64,000 nt of DNA from Calditrichia bacterium (GCA_963796965.1 CAWCNS010000005.1:1188592-1252591); one strand, 5' to 3'. Positions 8,958 to 20,072 are shown, counted from the first letter of the stretch. The notes: generated by a model not told the origin, from the letters alone. Numbers and translations are program-made.

Positions 8958-10967
8958 TTGTATGGGCTCAAAGTAATGAAAATGTTCAGAAATATTGCCA
9001 GTTTTATCGGACATTATGGATTAGTAAATTTCCTGATTATATCAACAAGGAAAATAATAAGAGCCATCTCATTATTAAAGTTTTCTTATTTAATAAAAAG
9101 CGGAAAAATTAATTCTCCTGTTTATATATCCAATGATCTAAATGAGATCAGATCACATATCTTAAAAAAATATTCACTCGGTTTTGAAAATAACATCCGC
9201 ACTATTAAACAAAAAAATCTTTATCCGGAGCAAGTCAGACAAATCCTATTTGAGGCAGACCATTTTTGCAATAACACTTTTAATATTTTAAACAGTGGGT
9301 GGATAAAGTGGGAATACCAGGGCAATATTGACTGGCATTCGGATAAAAAATCAGATCATCGGTATGAATCCCGCACATTTTACAGATCACTTTCAAGCAA
9401 AATTAGAACTCAAATCAGATCCGGAAAAAAAATTAAAGCGGATCTGAAAGTTCCCCGCGAATTAAGCCGCTTTCACTTTTTATTTGGTTTATACTTTGCC
9501 TACATCTATTCTGGAAAGATCCACTATCTGGATAAGATAAAAGACTCAATCCTTAACTGGATCGACACAAATCCCCCCTATAAGGGTATCAATTGGTCAA
9601 ATGCCATGGAAGTGGCAATCCGCATTAGTAATTGGACCCTAATCGTCTTTGAACTAAAAGACAAATTACTTCAAGATCAATCTTTTGAAGAAAAGTTTTA
9701 TACATCACTCTACCAGCATAATCTTTATATTCATTTTAACAAGGAAAATCTGATATTACTAAACAACCATTATATGGCAGATATATCAGGACTTTTTGTC
9801 TCAAATCTATTTTTTCCAGTATTCAAATATAGCGAAAAATGGCTCCAAAACGCATCAGGAAGAATTAAACAGGAAATGATGCGACAGATACATCCTGATG
9901 GTGGAGATTTTGAGAGTTCTACACCCTATCAAAGATTGGTTACAGAATTATTATTTCTACCTTTATACCTAAATAAACAATTCAAAACACATTATTTTGG
10001 TTCTGAGCATGAATTCATTTTAAAGAAGATGTTTGCTTTCATTCTGAATACACTTAAACCCAGTCGTAAAATTATACAATTTGGTGATAATGATGATGGT
10101 AGATACTTCAAATTATATGATCGCCCTTCGTTAGATCATAGCTATCTACCTGCCCTCTCTTTTGGTATTTTTAACGATCAGTATTTCTGCCTTAAAGAGA
10201 TTCCCTTTGATATTTTGGCTTTCATATTCTATGGGGAGGAAGTATTCTTATCGTATTTAGAGAATCAGAAATCTATTTATTCCCTGCCTCCCATCCAATT
10301 CAAAGACTCCGGTGTTTATATTCTAAGAAATAATCAAGTTTACCTGGCAGTCTCTTGCATGCCCAATGGTATGAATGGTTATGGTGTACACACGCATAAT
10401 GATAAACTATCATTTGAATTAACCTTCAGAGACATTGACATTATTGTTGATCCGGGAACCTATCTATATTCTTCAGACCCTGTAAATAGAAACCTCTATC
10501 GCTCAACACTTTTTCATAATACGGTAGTGGAAAATAGGCAAGAGCAGAATGATTTTGGAGAAGATGTCTTCAGATTAAAAAATGATACAAACATTCAGGT
10601 ACTCAAATCAGAGCCTGACTATTTACATTGTCAGCACAATGGATTTCTGAAAAAAGGTGGGAGCCTTCATCAACGACAATTTCGACTCGAGAGTAATCGT
10701 GTTTTAATTACTGACATTCTTGAGAAAGATCTCCCTTCGCAATCATTTCTTCATTTCGCTGAACATTTGGAACTCCACCAGGAGAATAAGGAAATTCATG
10801 TTGTAAAAGATGGTAAAACAATTTGCGGTCTGATAATAAAAAATGCAGACGACATACAAATTATTGAGTACCAGTACTCGCCAGCATATGCTTTACAAGT
10901 ACCCTGTTATAAATTAAAGCTGGAATTTAAGAAAGAACTCAACATCGAACTCATAAACCTAAACTAA
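8958..10967 (+). CDS. Heparinase II/III family protein
   Basis: ELSRFH, GINWSNAMEVAIR, NNHYMAD, DGGDFESSTPYQ, FGDNDDG, HTHNDKLSF, DPGTYLY and HNTV motifs. The start may be the ATG at 8976 or 8982. Confidence 0.9.
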   Translation: MYGLKVMKMFRNIASFIGHYGLVNFLIISTRKIIRAISLLKFSYLIKSGKINSPVYISNDLNEIRSHILKKYSLGFENNIRTIKQKNLYPEQVRQILFEADHFCNNTFNILNSGWIKWEYQGNIDWHSDKKSDHRYESRTFYRSLSSKIRTQIRSGKKIKADLKVPRELSRFHFLFGLYFAYIYSGKIHYLDKIKDSILNWIDTNPPYKGINWSNAMEVAIRISNWTLIVFELKDKLLQDQSFEEKFYTSLYQHNLYIHFNKENLILLNNHYMADISGLFVSNLFFPVFKYSEKWLQNASGRIKQEMMRQIHPDGGDFESSTPYQRLVTELLFLPLYLNKQFKTHYFGSEHEFILKKMFAFILNTLKPSRKIIQFGDNDDGRYFKLYDRPSLDHSYLPALSFGIFNDQYFCLKEIPFDILAFIFYGEEVFLSYLENQKSIYSLPPIQFKDSGVYILRNNQVYLAVSCMPNGMNGYGVHTHNDKLSFELTFRDIDIIVDPGTYLYSSDPVNRNLYRSTLFHNTVVENRQEQNDFGEDVFRLKNDTNIQVLKSEPDYLHCQHNGFLKKGGSLHQRQFRLESNRVLITDILEKDLPSQSFLHFAEHLELHQENKEIHVVKDGKTICGLIIKNADDIQIIEYQYSPAYALQVPCYKLKLEFKKELNIELINLN

Positions 10968-10978
10968 GAGAATATAAT

Positions 10979-13111
10979 ATGTTACAAGCAATAGTAAAAA
11001 AAGGCAAGGTAATAAAGGAAGAGGTACCAGCCCCGGTTATATCAGAAAATACAATCCTTATCAAAGTCATCAACAGTTGTATTTCTGTTGGGACTGAGAT
11101 GGGCAAAGTTGAACGGAGTGGCAAATCCCTCCTAAAAACAGCCCTGGAGCAGCCCGATAATGTTAAACAGGTAATTGATATGGCCAAGTCACGGGGAATA
11201 TCTAAAACCATTGCCAAAGTTAAGGGTGCCGTTGAAACAGGTAAACTTACGGGTTATTCAGTTTCAGGCATTGTAATAGAAGTAGGCGCTGGCATAACCA
11301 AATTTAAAAAAGGTGATGCCGTAGCTGCTTCCGGTGCCGATATTGCTAATCATGCTGAATATGTGGCTGTTCCGGAAAATTTGGTTATGAAAATGCCCCT
11401 CGATCTGGATTTTGAATCTGCTTCCACTGTTACCCTCGGAGGAATAGCGATGCAGGGTGTGCGAAGGGCTGATCTGCGTCTGGGAGAATTTGCAGTGGTC
11501 CTCGGTGTTGGCCTCCTGGGATTATTAAGCATTCAAATGCTATGTGCCTCGGGGGTCCATGTAGCTGCGGTGGATCTGGATGGAAATAGATTAAAAACAG
11601 CTAAAGAACATGGCGCTGAATTGACAATTAAATCCGATAATGAAAATATGGTCTCCCAGATTGAGAACTGGTCAAATGGTTATGGTGCAGATGCTGTAAT
11701 TTTCACCGCTGCAACTAAAAGTAACGTCCCGTTATCCCAGGCTTTTAAGGCGTGTAAGAAAAAAGGGCGGGTGGTACTTGTCGGTGTTTCGGGCATGGAG
11801 ATCAACCGCGGTGATATCTATCCGAAAGAATTAGACTTCCTCATCTCAACTTCCTATGGTCCGGGACGCTATGATAACCAATATGAAGAAAAAGGAATCG
11901 ATTATCCTTATGCTTATGTCCGCTGGACAGAAAATCGAAATATGACAGAGTATTTAAACCTCCTTTCTAAAGATGTCATTAATATAAAATCGATAATCGA
12001 CAAGGTATATCCTATCGATGAACTCGAAGAAGCATTTGAATATTTAAATTCCCCTGATAAACCAATTCTTGTATTACTCGAATATGCAGCATTTAAAGAG
12101 GAGGATGTTGAACAGTATGTAAAGCATGACAGACGGTTATATATCAGTTCCAAACAAGTAAATAAAAAGATAATAAATATAGGTTTGATCGGCGCAGGAA
12201 ATTTTGCAGCAGGAACCCATCTTCCTAATATTATGAAGTTAAAGGATAAATTTAATCTATATGGTGTGGCAAACCGATCCGGATATAAAGCCAAAGCCGT
12301 AGGTGAACAATTTGGGGCGACCTTAATTACCTCTGAGGTAAATGATATTATCTCTGACGAAAACATAGATCTCGTTTTAATCGCAACCCGGCATGACAGC
12401 CACGCCGGACTCACGTTGAAAGCCCTGCAAAACAATAAACATGTATTTGTTGAAAAGCCTTTAGCAACAAATAATGAAGATTTAAAATTAATTGAAGATT
12501 TTTATAATCTTCCCGGTGATGCCAAACCCCTTCTGATGGTTGGCTTTAACCGTCGATTCAGCCCATGTGCCCAGGAGATCAAAAAACATGTACAAAATAG
12601 ACTTAATCCCTTATTTATACATTACCGCATGAATGCCGGTTATATTCCCGCAGATCATTGGGCTCAGGAAGAAGGTGGTAGAATTATTGGAGAGGGCTGC
12701 CATATTATCGATATGATGACCTTTTTGACCGGCGCACGAATTGAATCGATTTCATATGAACAACTTTCGCCAGCAGGTGAAAAATTTCTTTCTTCTGATA
12801 ATGTCTCCATGATATTGAAATATGAAGATGGATCTGTAGCAACAATAGAATACTTTGCCTGTGGAAATAAAAAATTTCCAAAGGAATATATGGAAGTTCA
12901 CTTTGATGAAAGAAGCATCACCATGGACGATTATAAATTACTGAATGGATATGGCTTGAAGATAAAACCCGTTAAATCCCATATAAGTGAAAAGGGACAA
13001 TTTGAAGAATTTAATTTTCTTTATGATTCTCTCTCAGGGAAAAACAAGGAGTGGCCAATTCCTTTCTGGGATCTGATCCAAACAACCAAAATATCCTTTG
13101 TTATATCATGA
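10979..13111 (+). CDS. Bi-domain oxidoreductase (Zn-ADH-like plus Gfo/Idh/MocA)
   Basis: ISVGTE, GYSVSG and SYGPGRYD in the N-domain; IGLIGAGNF, VFVEKPLA, VGFNRRF and GEGCHIID in the C-domain. Confidence 0.9.
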   Translation: MLQAIVKKGKVIKEEVPAPVISENTILIKVINSCISVGTEMGKVERSGKSLLKTALEQPDNVKQVIDMAKSRGISKTIAKVKGAVETGKLTGYSVSGIVIEVGAGITKFKKGDAVAASGADIANHAEYVAVPENLVMKMPLDLDFESASTVTLGGIAMQGVRRADLRLGEFAVVLGVGLLGLLSIQMLCASGVHVAAVDLDGNRLKTAKEHGAELTIKSDNENMVSQIENWSNGYGADAVIFTAATKSNVPLSQAFKACKKKGRVVLVGVSGMEINRGDIYPKELDFLISTSYGPGRYDNQYEEKGIDYPYAYVRWTENRNMTEYLNLLSKDVINIKSIIDKVYPIDELEEAFEYLNSPDKPILVLLEYAAFKEEDVEQYVKHDRRLYISSKQVNKKIINIGLIGAGNFAAGTHLPNIMKLKDKFNLYGVANRSGYKAKAVGEQFGATLITSEVNDIISDENIDLVLIATRHDSHAGLTLKALQNNKHVFVEKPLATNNEDLKLIEDFYNLPGDAKPLLMVGFNRRFSPCAQEIKKHVQNRLNPLFIHYRMNAGYIPADHWAQEEGGRIIGEGCHIIDMMTFLTGARIESISYEQLSPAGEKFLSSDNVSMILKYEDGSVATIEYFACGNKKFPKEYMEVHFDERSITMDDYKLLNGYGLKIKPVKSHISEKGQFEEFNFLYDSLSGKNKEWPIPFWDLIQTTKISFVIS

Positions 13112-14151
13112 GGATCGTTATTGTAAGTATATATCCTCCCCCCATCGGAGGTGTTTCTGCCCATTCATCCAGGTTATTGGATTTTCTTATAGAAAAGAAG
13201 AGAAAGGTAACATTTCTCGATGTATCAAAACCAATATCGGATCATAAGCAAGTAAAAAACATGTCTGAGTTATCCATGTTTTTTTATTTACTATTAAGGG
13301 AAAAGAAAGCAATTGTTCATTTTCATATATTCTCAATTAAGTTATTAATACTTTTTTATTTCCTCTCTTTTAAGCATTTAACTGTGATAACTTTTCACAA
13401 TGAAAGATTCCCTCAGGTTATCAACGCAAAAGGTGGACTCTCTGGAGTAGTGATAAAACACATGTTGAACAAAATAAATAAAATATTAGTATTAAATGAA
13501 CCCTGTGAGAAAAATGCAGTTAAATTCATCAAAGATCCGAAAAATCTCGTTGTTGTTGATAACTATATCCCTCCACTTCAAATACCGGATATGAATCACG
13601 AAACAATACGGAATTTGAGAAAAAAGCATCAATTTCTCATCTCCTCAAATGCCTGGCGGCTCAAATTCCATCAAGGTGAAGATCTTTATGGGCTTGATCT
13701 TCTTGTTGATATGATGACATCCCTTATTAAAAGTTTTGATGTTGCATTGGTTTTTCTTTTACCCACCGTTGGAGACTCAGAATATTTAAATAAAATTCGT
13801 AATAAAATTAAATTCTCTGGGTTAAATGAACGATTTCTTATCGTTACCGAACAAGTAAACGGACCGGCGATGTGGGCTATCTCCGACTTATTCATAAGAG
13901 CAACTAATACCGATGGCCATTCCGTAAGTGTCGTTGAGGCTCTGCAGACAGGAACCCCGGTTTTGGCAAGCGATTGTGTACAAAGGCCTGCAAATGTGAG
14001 TCTCTTCAAAACGCGCAATGGCATCAATTTACTGGAAAAAACAACCGGAATTCTTTCGAATCTTAACTCTTATAAAGATGCCCTTTCTTCTGTATCAATT
14101 GAAAATTCGGCGGAAGAAATACTAAAGATCTATGATGGCTTGAACGAATAG
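13108..14151 (+). CDS. Glycosyltransferase family 4
   Basis: YPPPIGGVSAH and DGHSVSVVEALQTGTPVLASD. The ATG overlaps the upstream TGA. Confidence 0.85.
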   Translation: MRIVIVSIYPPPIGGVSAHSSRLLDFLIEKKRKVTFLDVSKPISDHKQVKNMSELSMFFYLLLREKKAIVHFHIFSIKLLILFYFLSFKHLTVITFHNERFPQVINAKGGLSGVVIKHMLNKINKILVLNEPCEKNAVKFIKDPKNLVVVDNYIPPLQIPDMNHETIRNLRKKHQFLISSNAWRLKFHQGEDLYGLDLLVDMMTSLIKSFDVALVFLLPTVGDSEYLNKIRNKIKFSGLNERFLIVTEQVNGPAMWAISDLFIRATNTDGHSVSVVEALQTGTPVLASDCVQRPANVSLFKTRNGINLLEKTTGILSNLNSYKDALSSVSIENSAEEILKIYDGLNE

Positions 14152-14308
14152 GATAGAATCAATAAAAAATACAAAATAATTTCTCCTCTCAGAATTTTGG
14201 TAGGGATGGTATTGAATTCTATAATATATAATTTCTATAAAATCTCACATGCGCTTCCACCTAGCGTGAGATAATTGAACAGATCTCAGAAAAAAGGAAT
14301 TTAAAAAC

Positions 14309-15079
14309 ATGGCCTATAACAAATTAGATTTTAAAAAACCGGTAATCGGCAGCTGGATCAACTCTGCCAGTCCCGTGGTTGCTGAAATCATGAGCGCCTC
14401 AGGATTCGATTTTCTTGTGCTTGATGCAGAGCATTCGGCCATTGATGTCCCACAAGCACAGACTCTGTTTCAGGCTATCAAGGCAGGAAATCCTGATTGT
14501 TTCCCAATGGTCAGATTAGCAGGCAACGATTATGCGGAGACAAAACGTTACCTTGATGCCGGGGCCATGGGCATCATCGCCCCTCTGATCAATTCCGCTG
14601 AAGAGGCTAAAGAATTGGTTCGATCGGTAAAATATCCTCCCTTGGGGGAACGGGGTGTTGGATATGGGAGAAGTCATGGTTACGGGTTTGAATTTGATTC
14701 ATATATGGAAATTGCCAATGAAAATACCGTGGTCTGTGTACAAATCGAACATATAAAAGCGGTCGAGAAAATCGATGAAATATTTTCTGTTCCCGGTGTA
14801 GATGCCGCCTTTATTGGGCCCTATGATCTATCAGCTTCCATGGGAATTACCGCTCAGTTTGATCATCCCAACTACATTAAAACATGGGAAAAGATATTAG
14901 ATAAATGTCAGCAACATGATATAGTCCCGGGCATTCATGTAGTTCAACCTGATTATGAGGAAACTATTAAAAAAATCAACAAAGGATTCAAGATGATTGC
15001 CTATAGCTTGGATATTACAATCATCGGAACCCAATGCCGGTCAGCCTTAAAATCGATCAGAGAGGAATTAATAAAATGA
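14309..15079 (+). CDS. HpcH/HpaI class II pyruvate aldolase
   Basis: GFDFLVLDAEH, PMVR, LDAGAMGIIAP, YPPLGERG, VQIE and FIGPYDLSASMG motifs. Confidence 0.9.
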   Translation: MAYNKLDFKKPVIGSWINSASPVVAEIMSASGFDFLVLDAEHSAIDVPQAQTLFQAIKAGNPDCFPMVRLAGNDYAETKRYLDAGAMGIIAPLINSAEEAKELVRSVKYPPLGERGVGYGRSHGYGFEFDSYMEIANENTVVCVQIEHIKAVEKIDEIFSVPGVDAAFIGPYDLSASMGITAQFDHPNYIKTWEKILDKCQQHDIVPGIHVVQPDYEETIKKINKGFKMIAYSLDITIIGTQCRSALKSIREELIK

Positions 15080-15759
15080 TACATAATCGTAAAGTCACCG
15101 CCTTAATTCCAATAAAGGAACATAGTGAAAGAGTTAAAAATAAAAATTTCCGTGAATTTAATGGAAAACCGCTCTATCATCACATTCTGGAGTCGTTAGA
15201 AAGAACCTATGCCGTAGATGAAGTGATCATTAATACGGATAGTTATATAGTTATCAACGAAGCGCCAAAGTTATTTTCAAAGGTTAGGATTCATGAAAGA
15301 CCAAAAGAATTACACGGGGACTTTGTTAGTGTAAATAAAATCATTGAATATGATCTGGACAATTCTGAGAGTGATATCTATGTGCAAACGCATGCTACCA
15401 ATCCTTTGTTAAAAGCAGAATCATTGGGGAAGGCACTTAAAAAATTTATCGAAGCGGAAGATAAATATGATTCCCTTTTTTCAGTAAATCGATTTCAGAG
15501 CAGATTCTACTCGGTTGAAGGAAAAGCCATCAATCATAATCCTGAAGAATTATTGCGGACGCAGGATCTTCCCCCACTTTTTGAAGAGAATTCCAACTTC
15601 TACGTTTTCACCAAGGAATCGTTTAGCAAGCATGAACGCAGGATTGGACAGACACCCTTAATGTTTGAGATGTCACGAATTGAGGCCATTGATATTGACG
15701 ATGAATTTAGTTTTAAATTAGCGGAGATCCTTTCCCTCTATGCCGGTGATAATATTTAA
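15076..15759 (+). CDS. Acylneuraminate (CMP-ulosonate) cytidylyltransferase family
   Basis: ALIPIKEHSERVKNKN, GKPL, HATNPL, RTQDL, EENSNFY and IDID motifs. ATGA overlap with the aldolase gene. Confidence 0.9.
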   Translation: MIHNRKVTALIPIKEHSERVKNKNFREFNGKPLYHHILESLERTYAVDEVIINTDSYIVINEAPKLFSKVRIHERPKELHGDFVSVNKIIEYDLDNSESDIYVQTHATNPLLKAESLGKALKKFIEAEDKYDSLFSVNRFQSRFYSVEGKAINHNPEELLRTQDLPPLFEENSNFYVFTKESFSKHERRIGQTPLMFEMSRIEAIDIDDEFSFKLAEILSLYAGDNI

Positions 15760-15788
15760 ACATTTCTGAAGGAACAGGAGAAAAAAGA

Positions 15789-16763
15789 ATGCCAGACAGA
15801 TTTCGTATATTTATTGCCACCTTTCCCTTTGGGCAGAGTGGTCACAAGCCCATTGATATATTGGAAAAGACCGGATGGGAGTTAATATATAACCCTCTGG
15901 GACGAAGATTAAAGGAAAGCGAGATTGGTAATTATATAAAGGATGTGGATGCTGTCATTGCGGGCACCGAGCCCTATCCGGAATCTATTCTTCAAGATTC
16001 AAATCTGAAGGTAATCAGCCGTGTAGGGATTGGATTGGATAATGTACCCCTCGCTTATTGTAATAAGAAGGGAATTACTGTAACCTATACCCCGGATGCC
16101 CCATCTCAGGCGGTAGCCGAGTTGACATTGGCAAACATTATTAACTTATCAAGAGATATTCTTGGCTCCGATCATTCCGTACGTGAGGGGGCATGGAACC
16201 GATATATGGGATTTCTTTTGGAGGAACTAACCATAGGAATTATCGGTATCGGACGGATAGGCAAGCGTGTATGTAAACTCTTAGAGCCATTTAATACACG
16301 CATATTAGCATGTGACCTCGAGCCTGATCAGGATTTTGGCAACACGTATCATTTGGAATGGGTTGACAAGAAGACTCTCCTTAAAAATTCGGACCTGGTC
16401 AGTTTACATATACCCTATAGTAATCAAAATCATCATTTTATTGACCGTACCGCTCTGGGATTAATGAAAACAGAGAGTAAATTGATTAATACATCCAGAG
16501 GTGCTGTTGTTGATGAAGCGGCTCTTTTGGACGCGCTTCTGCAGCACCATATCTCCGGCGCTGCCCTCGATGTCTTTGAGCAGGAACCCTATGAAGGGTC
16601 CTTTACCCATTTTGATAATGTCATATTGACCGCTCACATGGGTGCATCAGCGAGGAAATCTCGCTTTTTGATGGAACTTGGCGCGGCAGAAGATTGCATC
16701 AGGGTATTGCTCGGAGAAAAACCAGAATGCAATGCCATAAACACCTTGAAAGATAAGCAATAA
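15789..16763 (+). CDS. D-2-hydroxyacid (phosphoglycerate-dehydrogenase-like) dehydrogenase
   Basis: SRVGIGLDN, GIIGIGRIG, LINTSRG, AALDVFEQEP and LTAHMG motifs. Confidence 0.9.
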   Translation: MPDRFRIFIATFPFGQSGHKPIDILEKTGWELIYNPLGRRLKESEIGNYIKDVDAVIAGTEPYPESILQDSNLKVISRVGIGLDNVPLAYCNKKGITVTYTPDAPSQAVAELTLANIINLSRDILGSDHSVREGAWNRYMGFLLEELTIGIIGIGRIGKRVCKLLEPFNTRILACDLEPDQDFGNTYHLEWVDKKTLLKNSDLVSLHIPYSNQNHHFIDRTALGLMKTESKLINTSRGAVVDEAALLDALLQHHISGAALDVFEQEPYEGSFTHFDNVILTAHMGASARKSRFLMELGAAEDCIRVLLGEKPECNAINTLKDKQ

Positions 16764-16777
16764 TCAGAGGATTAAAA

Positions 16778-17738
16778 TTGATTAAAAATATAACTAAAGC
16801 AATTGAAGAATCTGAAAATCTTGGTTTGCACAATGATACGGCAAAAGACATTTTAGATGGGTTTTCGGGAGAAAAACTGGTCGGTCTAATGCAACGGTTA
16901 CCCGGACTATTCGCGCATGATGAAAATGCCTGTTATCTCGAGGTAGGGGTATTTCAGGGACTAACACTCTTATCCATTGCTGCAGCAAATCCCAATTTCA
17001 AATGCTATGGAATTGATAATTTTGCCTTTTTTGACCCGGATGGCCAAAACAAAGGTATAATAGAAAAGAGAATTGCAAAGCTAAATTTATCCAACGCCTT
17101 TTTAATTGAAAAAGATTATGAGGATGCGCTTGAGTCATTATCAATTGAGTTGGGACAAACGAAAATCGGTGTATATTTTATTGATGGACCGCACGATTAC
17201 AGAAGTCAATTAATGTGCCTTGAACTGGCTCTACCCTATTTAACCGATCACGCCGTAATCGTTATTGATGATAGCAACTATAAACATGTACGACAAGCCA
17301 ATAGAGATTTTTTAAAAATCCATCCATCATATAAACTTATTTTTGAAGCCTATACGCATATGTCATCCAATTAATATGACATCAGAAGAAAAGAAAAATG
17401 CCCAGCAAGGCTGGTGGAATGGTGTCAATGTAATTGTCCATGATCCCCAATCAGAATTAGAGCCCATGTTTCCACCTACTGAAAGGAGCAGATCATTATT
17501 CGAAAATGATCATTTAATTCATGCCCATGCATTAGCCGAATTTGGTATAAATGGAATTTCGGTTCTTGAGTCTTTTTCAAATTTCAAACTTTTCAAAGCC
17601 ATGAAATCTCTATTGAGTAATATGTACAAAATTCGCAGGTCAGAAATAAAATACTTAAAGCGATTTGTGCGGGGCAATACCCATAGTGAGAATTTATCCG
17701 GTTTCAATATAAATCGATCTGTCAAAAATCACAATTAA
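16778..17738 (+). CDS. Class I SAM-dependent methyltransferase, one frameshift near 17365
   Basis: YLEVGVFQG, FIDGPHDY and VIDD. The C-terminus (CHP...WWNG) continues in the overlapping ORF 17343-17738. Confidence 0.8.
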
Positions 17739-17791
17739 ACCGTGCGTTAAATCAACTATTTTTTTATCCTTCAAAGGTGGTCTATATTTAA

Positions 17792-19270
17792 ATGGCTGTA
17801 AAATCCCTAAATAAATACACGGCTTATATTCGGCAAAGAACCTGGGACTCTCCTACAGTGACAACATGGGGAAGTTTTGTTGCCCGAATACTTAGTTTGT
17901 TACTTGTATTACCACTTGTATTAAACAAATTTGATACTGCTGAGATTGCCCTGTGGTATCTTTTTACAACAATTATAACCCTGCAACCACTTGCTGATAT
18001 GGGATTCGGTGTCACATTTGTCCGTGTAATCGCATTTGCCATGGGGGGAGCAGAAAAATTAGACGACCTGCGTTTAATAAAGAACGAAAATGGTATCAAA
18101 AAGGAAGCAAACTGGACGGTAATAGAAAAAATTGTCAGCACAATGTACACTATTTACGCTTACCTAACCCCTATAGTATTCCTTGTTCTGGCAGTTGGTG
18201 GTTCATTGGCATTAATCAAACCAATATCCTATATAGAAGATGCTCAATCTGGCTGGATCAGTTGGATTGTTATATTGATAACAACAACCCTGATTTTCCG
18301 CGGTACAATTTACACCAACTATTTGCAGGGAATTAATAAAATTGCACTCTTACGAAGATGGCAGGCAATCTTTGCACTCGGTGCAATTCTTACCAGTTTT
18401 ATTGTTTTAATTCTCGATGGAAACATCCTGGCCTTGGTAATTGCCAATCAATCCTGGTCATTAATCAACGTAATTCGTAACTATTATTTTAGCCGCAACG
18501 TTGAGTCAGGAAAATTCCGGGAATTTAAGAAGAAAGGGCGGGACAAGGAGATATATGATGCAGTCTGGCCAAGTGCCTGGCGGAGTGGGATTGGCTTGAT
18601 TTTATACTCTCTGGTCGTCCAGGCCAGTGGACTAATTTATGCCCAGGTCGGTAGTGTTACTAATATTGCATCCTATTTGCTCGGACTTAAAGTTCTTAAC
18701 AGTATTCGCAGTTTTTCACAGGCACCATTTTATAGTAAGATACCCCTGTTATCGCGATTACGTGCAGAAGGTAACCTTGAGAAACAAATAAGTCTGGCTC
18801 AAAGGGGAATGGGATTATCCTATTGGATATTTGTTCTATGTTTCATTTCTGTTGGCATACTTGCCAAACCCTTATTAGCCATGATTGGATCCAACGCGGA
18901 ATTTGTTAATCCACTTTTATGGACCTTTATGGGCTTAGGTTATTTTTTCGAAAGATATGGCGCCATGCACCTTCAGTTATATAGCACAACGAACCATATT
19001 ATCTGGCATATCGCCAACGGTGTTTCAGGTATTATTTATCTGGTTTCAAGTCTTATACTTTTGAATTATATTGATGTATATGCCTTCCCTATTGGAATAA
19101 TACTTGCTCAATTGGGATTTTACACGTGGTATTCAGCAAAACATTCATATCGAACCTTTAATTTGAATTTCTGGGATTTTGAGAAAAAGTCTGTGATAAT
19201 TCCCCTGGTTCTTATTCTGATATTTACCATATCAGCCATTGTATTGAGTGATTTTCAATTAATTAAATAA
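17792..19270 (+). CDS. wzx: Polysaccharide flippase (Wzx-like)
   Basis: 492 aa with many predicted TM helices and an LADMGFG motif, inside the glycan locus. Confidence 0.75.
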   Translation: MAVKSLNKYTAYIRQRTWDSPTVTTWGSFVARILSLLLVLPLVLNKFDTAEIALWYLFTTIITLQPLADMGFGVTFVRVIAFAMGGAEKLDDLRLIKNENGIKKEANWTVIEKIVSTMYTIYAYLTPIVFLVLAVGGSLALIKPISYIEDAQSGWISWIVILITTTLIFRGTIYTNYLQGINKIALLRRWQAIFALGAILTSFIVLILDGNILALVIANQSWSLINVIRNYYFSRNVESGKFREFKKKGRDKEIYDAVWPSAWRSGIGLILYSLVVQASGLIYAQVGSVTNIASYLLGLKVLNSIRSFSQAPFYSKIPLLSRLRAEGNLEKQISLAQRGMGLSYWIFVLCFISVGILAKPLLAMIGSNAEFVNPLLWTFMGLGYFFERYGAMHLQLYSTTNHIIWHIANGVSGIIYLVSSLILLNYIDVYAFPIGIILAQLGFYTWYSAKHSYRTFNLNFWDFEKKSVIIPLVLILIFTISAIVLSDFQLIK

Positions 19271-19283
19271 GAGAATAACAAAA

Positions 19284-20072
19284 ATGAGCATCAAACGCAG
19301 CGCAGCGATAATTAGAAAAATACTCAAAAAATCCGAGCATCTGAAATGGTCCCTTACAGCAGAAGGAAGAGAAAATTATCAACGTCTGGCATCATTTCGT
19401 GAAAAATATTCGGGAAAACGATGTTTTATAATGGGTAACGGTCCCAGTCTGGTGAAGAGTGATCTAACAAAATTAAAAAATGAGATTACCATTGGTAGCA
19501 ACGGCATATTTTTGATATTTGATAAAATGGGGTTTAAACCCACTTTTCTGACTGTTGAAGACGGTCTCGTCGCCGAAGACAGGGCCGGTGAATTAAATAA
19601 TCTCTCCGGCCCCCAAAAAGTATTTCCATGGGATCTGTCACAATGGTTAAAACAAGATGATCATACTACTTACTTAAACTTTATCAGGGGTTTTAAGAAC
19701 AAACCAAAATTTACCCCCAATCTCGCAAAAAAAGCATACTGGGGTGGTACAGTCAGTTATCTTAATTTGCAATTAGCCTATTACATTGGATGTGCTGAAA
19801 TTTATCTAATTGGATTTGATCATAACTATAAAGTAAAAGATAAGATTGAAAACAATGTAATTGTATCGCAACGCTCGGATGAAAATCATTTTCATCCTAA
19901 TTATTTCGGCCCCGGATATCGCTGGCATGATCCAATGGTATGGCGGATGGAATTAGCCTACACTGTTGCACGAAATTTTCTCCAGGAAAAGGAAGTAAAA
20001 ATATATAATGCAACGGTTGGCGGAAATTTGGAGGTGTTCGAAAGACGCAATTTTGAATCGCTATTTAAGTAA
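19284..20072 (+). CDS. DUF115 / Maf / Cst-like putative ulosonic-acid glycosyltransferase
   Basis: CFIMGNGPSL, TIGSN, AYYIGCAEIYLIGFDHNY, NHFHPNY and IYNAT motifs. Confidence 0.75.
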   Translation: MSIKRSAAIIRKILKKSEHLKWSLTAEGRENYQRLASFREKYSGKRCFIMGNGPSLVKSDLTKLKNEITIGSNGIFLIFDKMGFKPTFLTVEDGLVAEDRAGELNNLSGPQKVFPWDLSQWLKQDDHTTYLNFIRGFKNKPKFTPNLAKKAYWGGTVSYLNLQLAYYIGCAEIYLIGFDHNYKVKDKIENNVIVSQRSDENHFHPNYFGPGYRWHDPMVWRMELAYTVARNFLQEKEVKIYNATVGGNLEVFERRNFESLFK

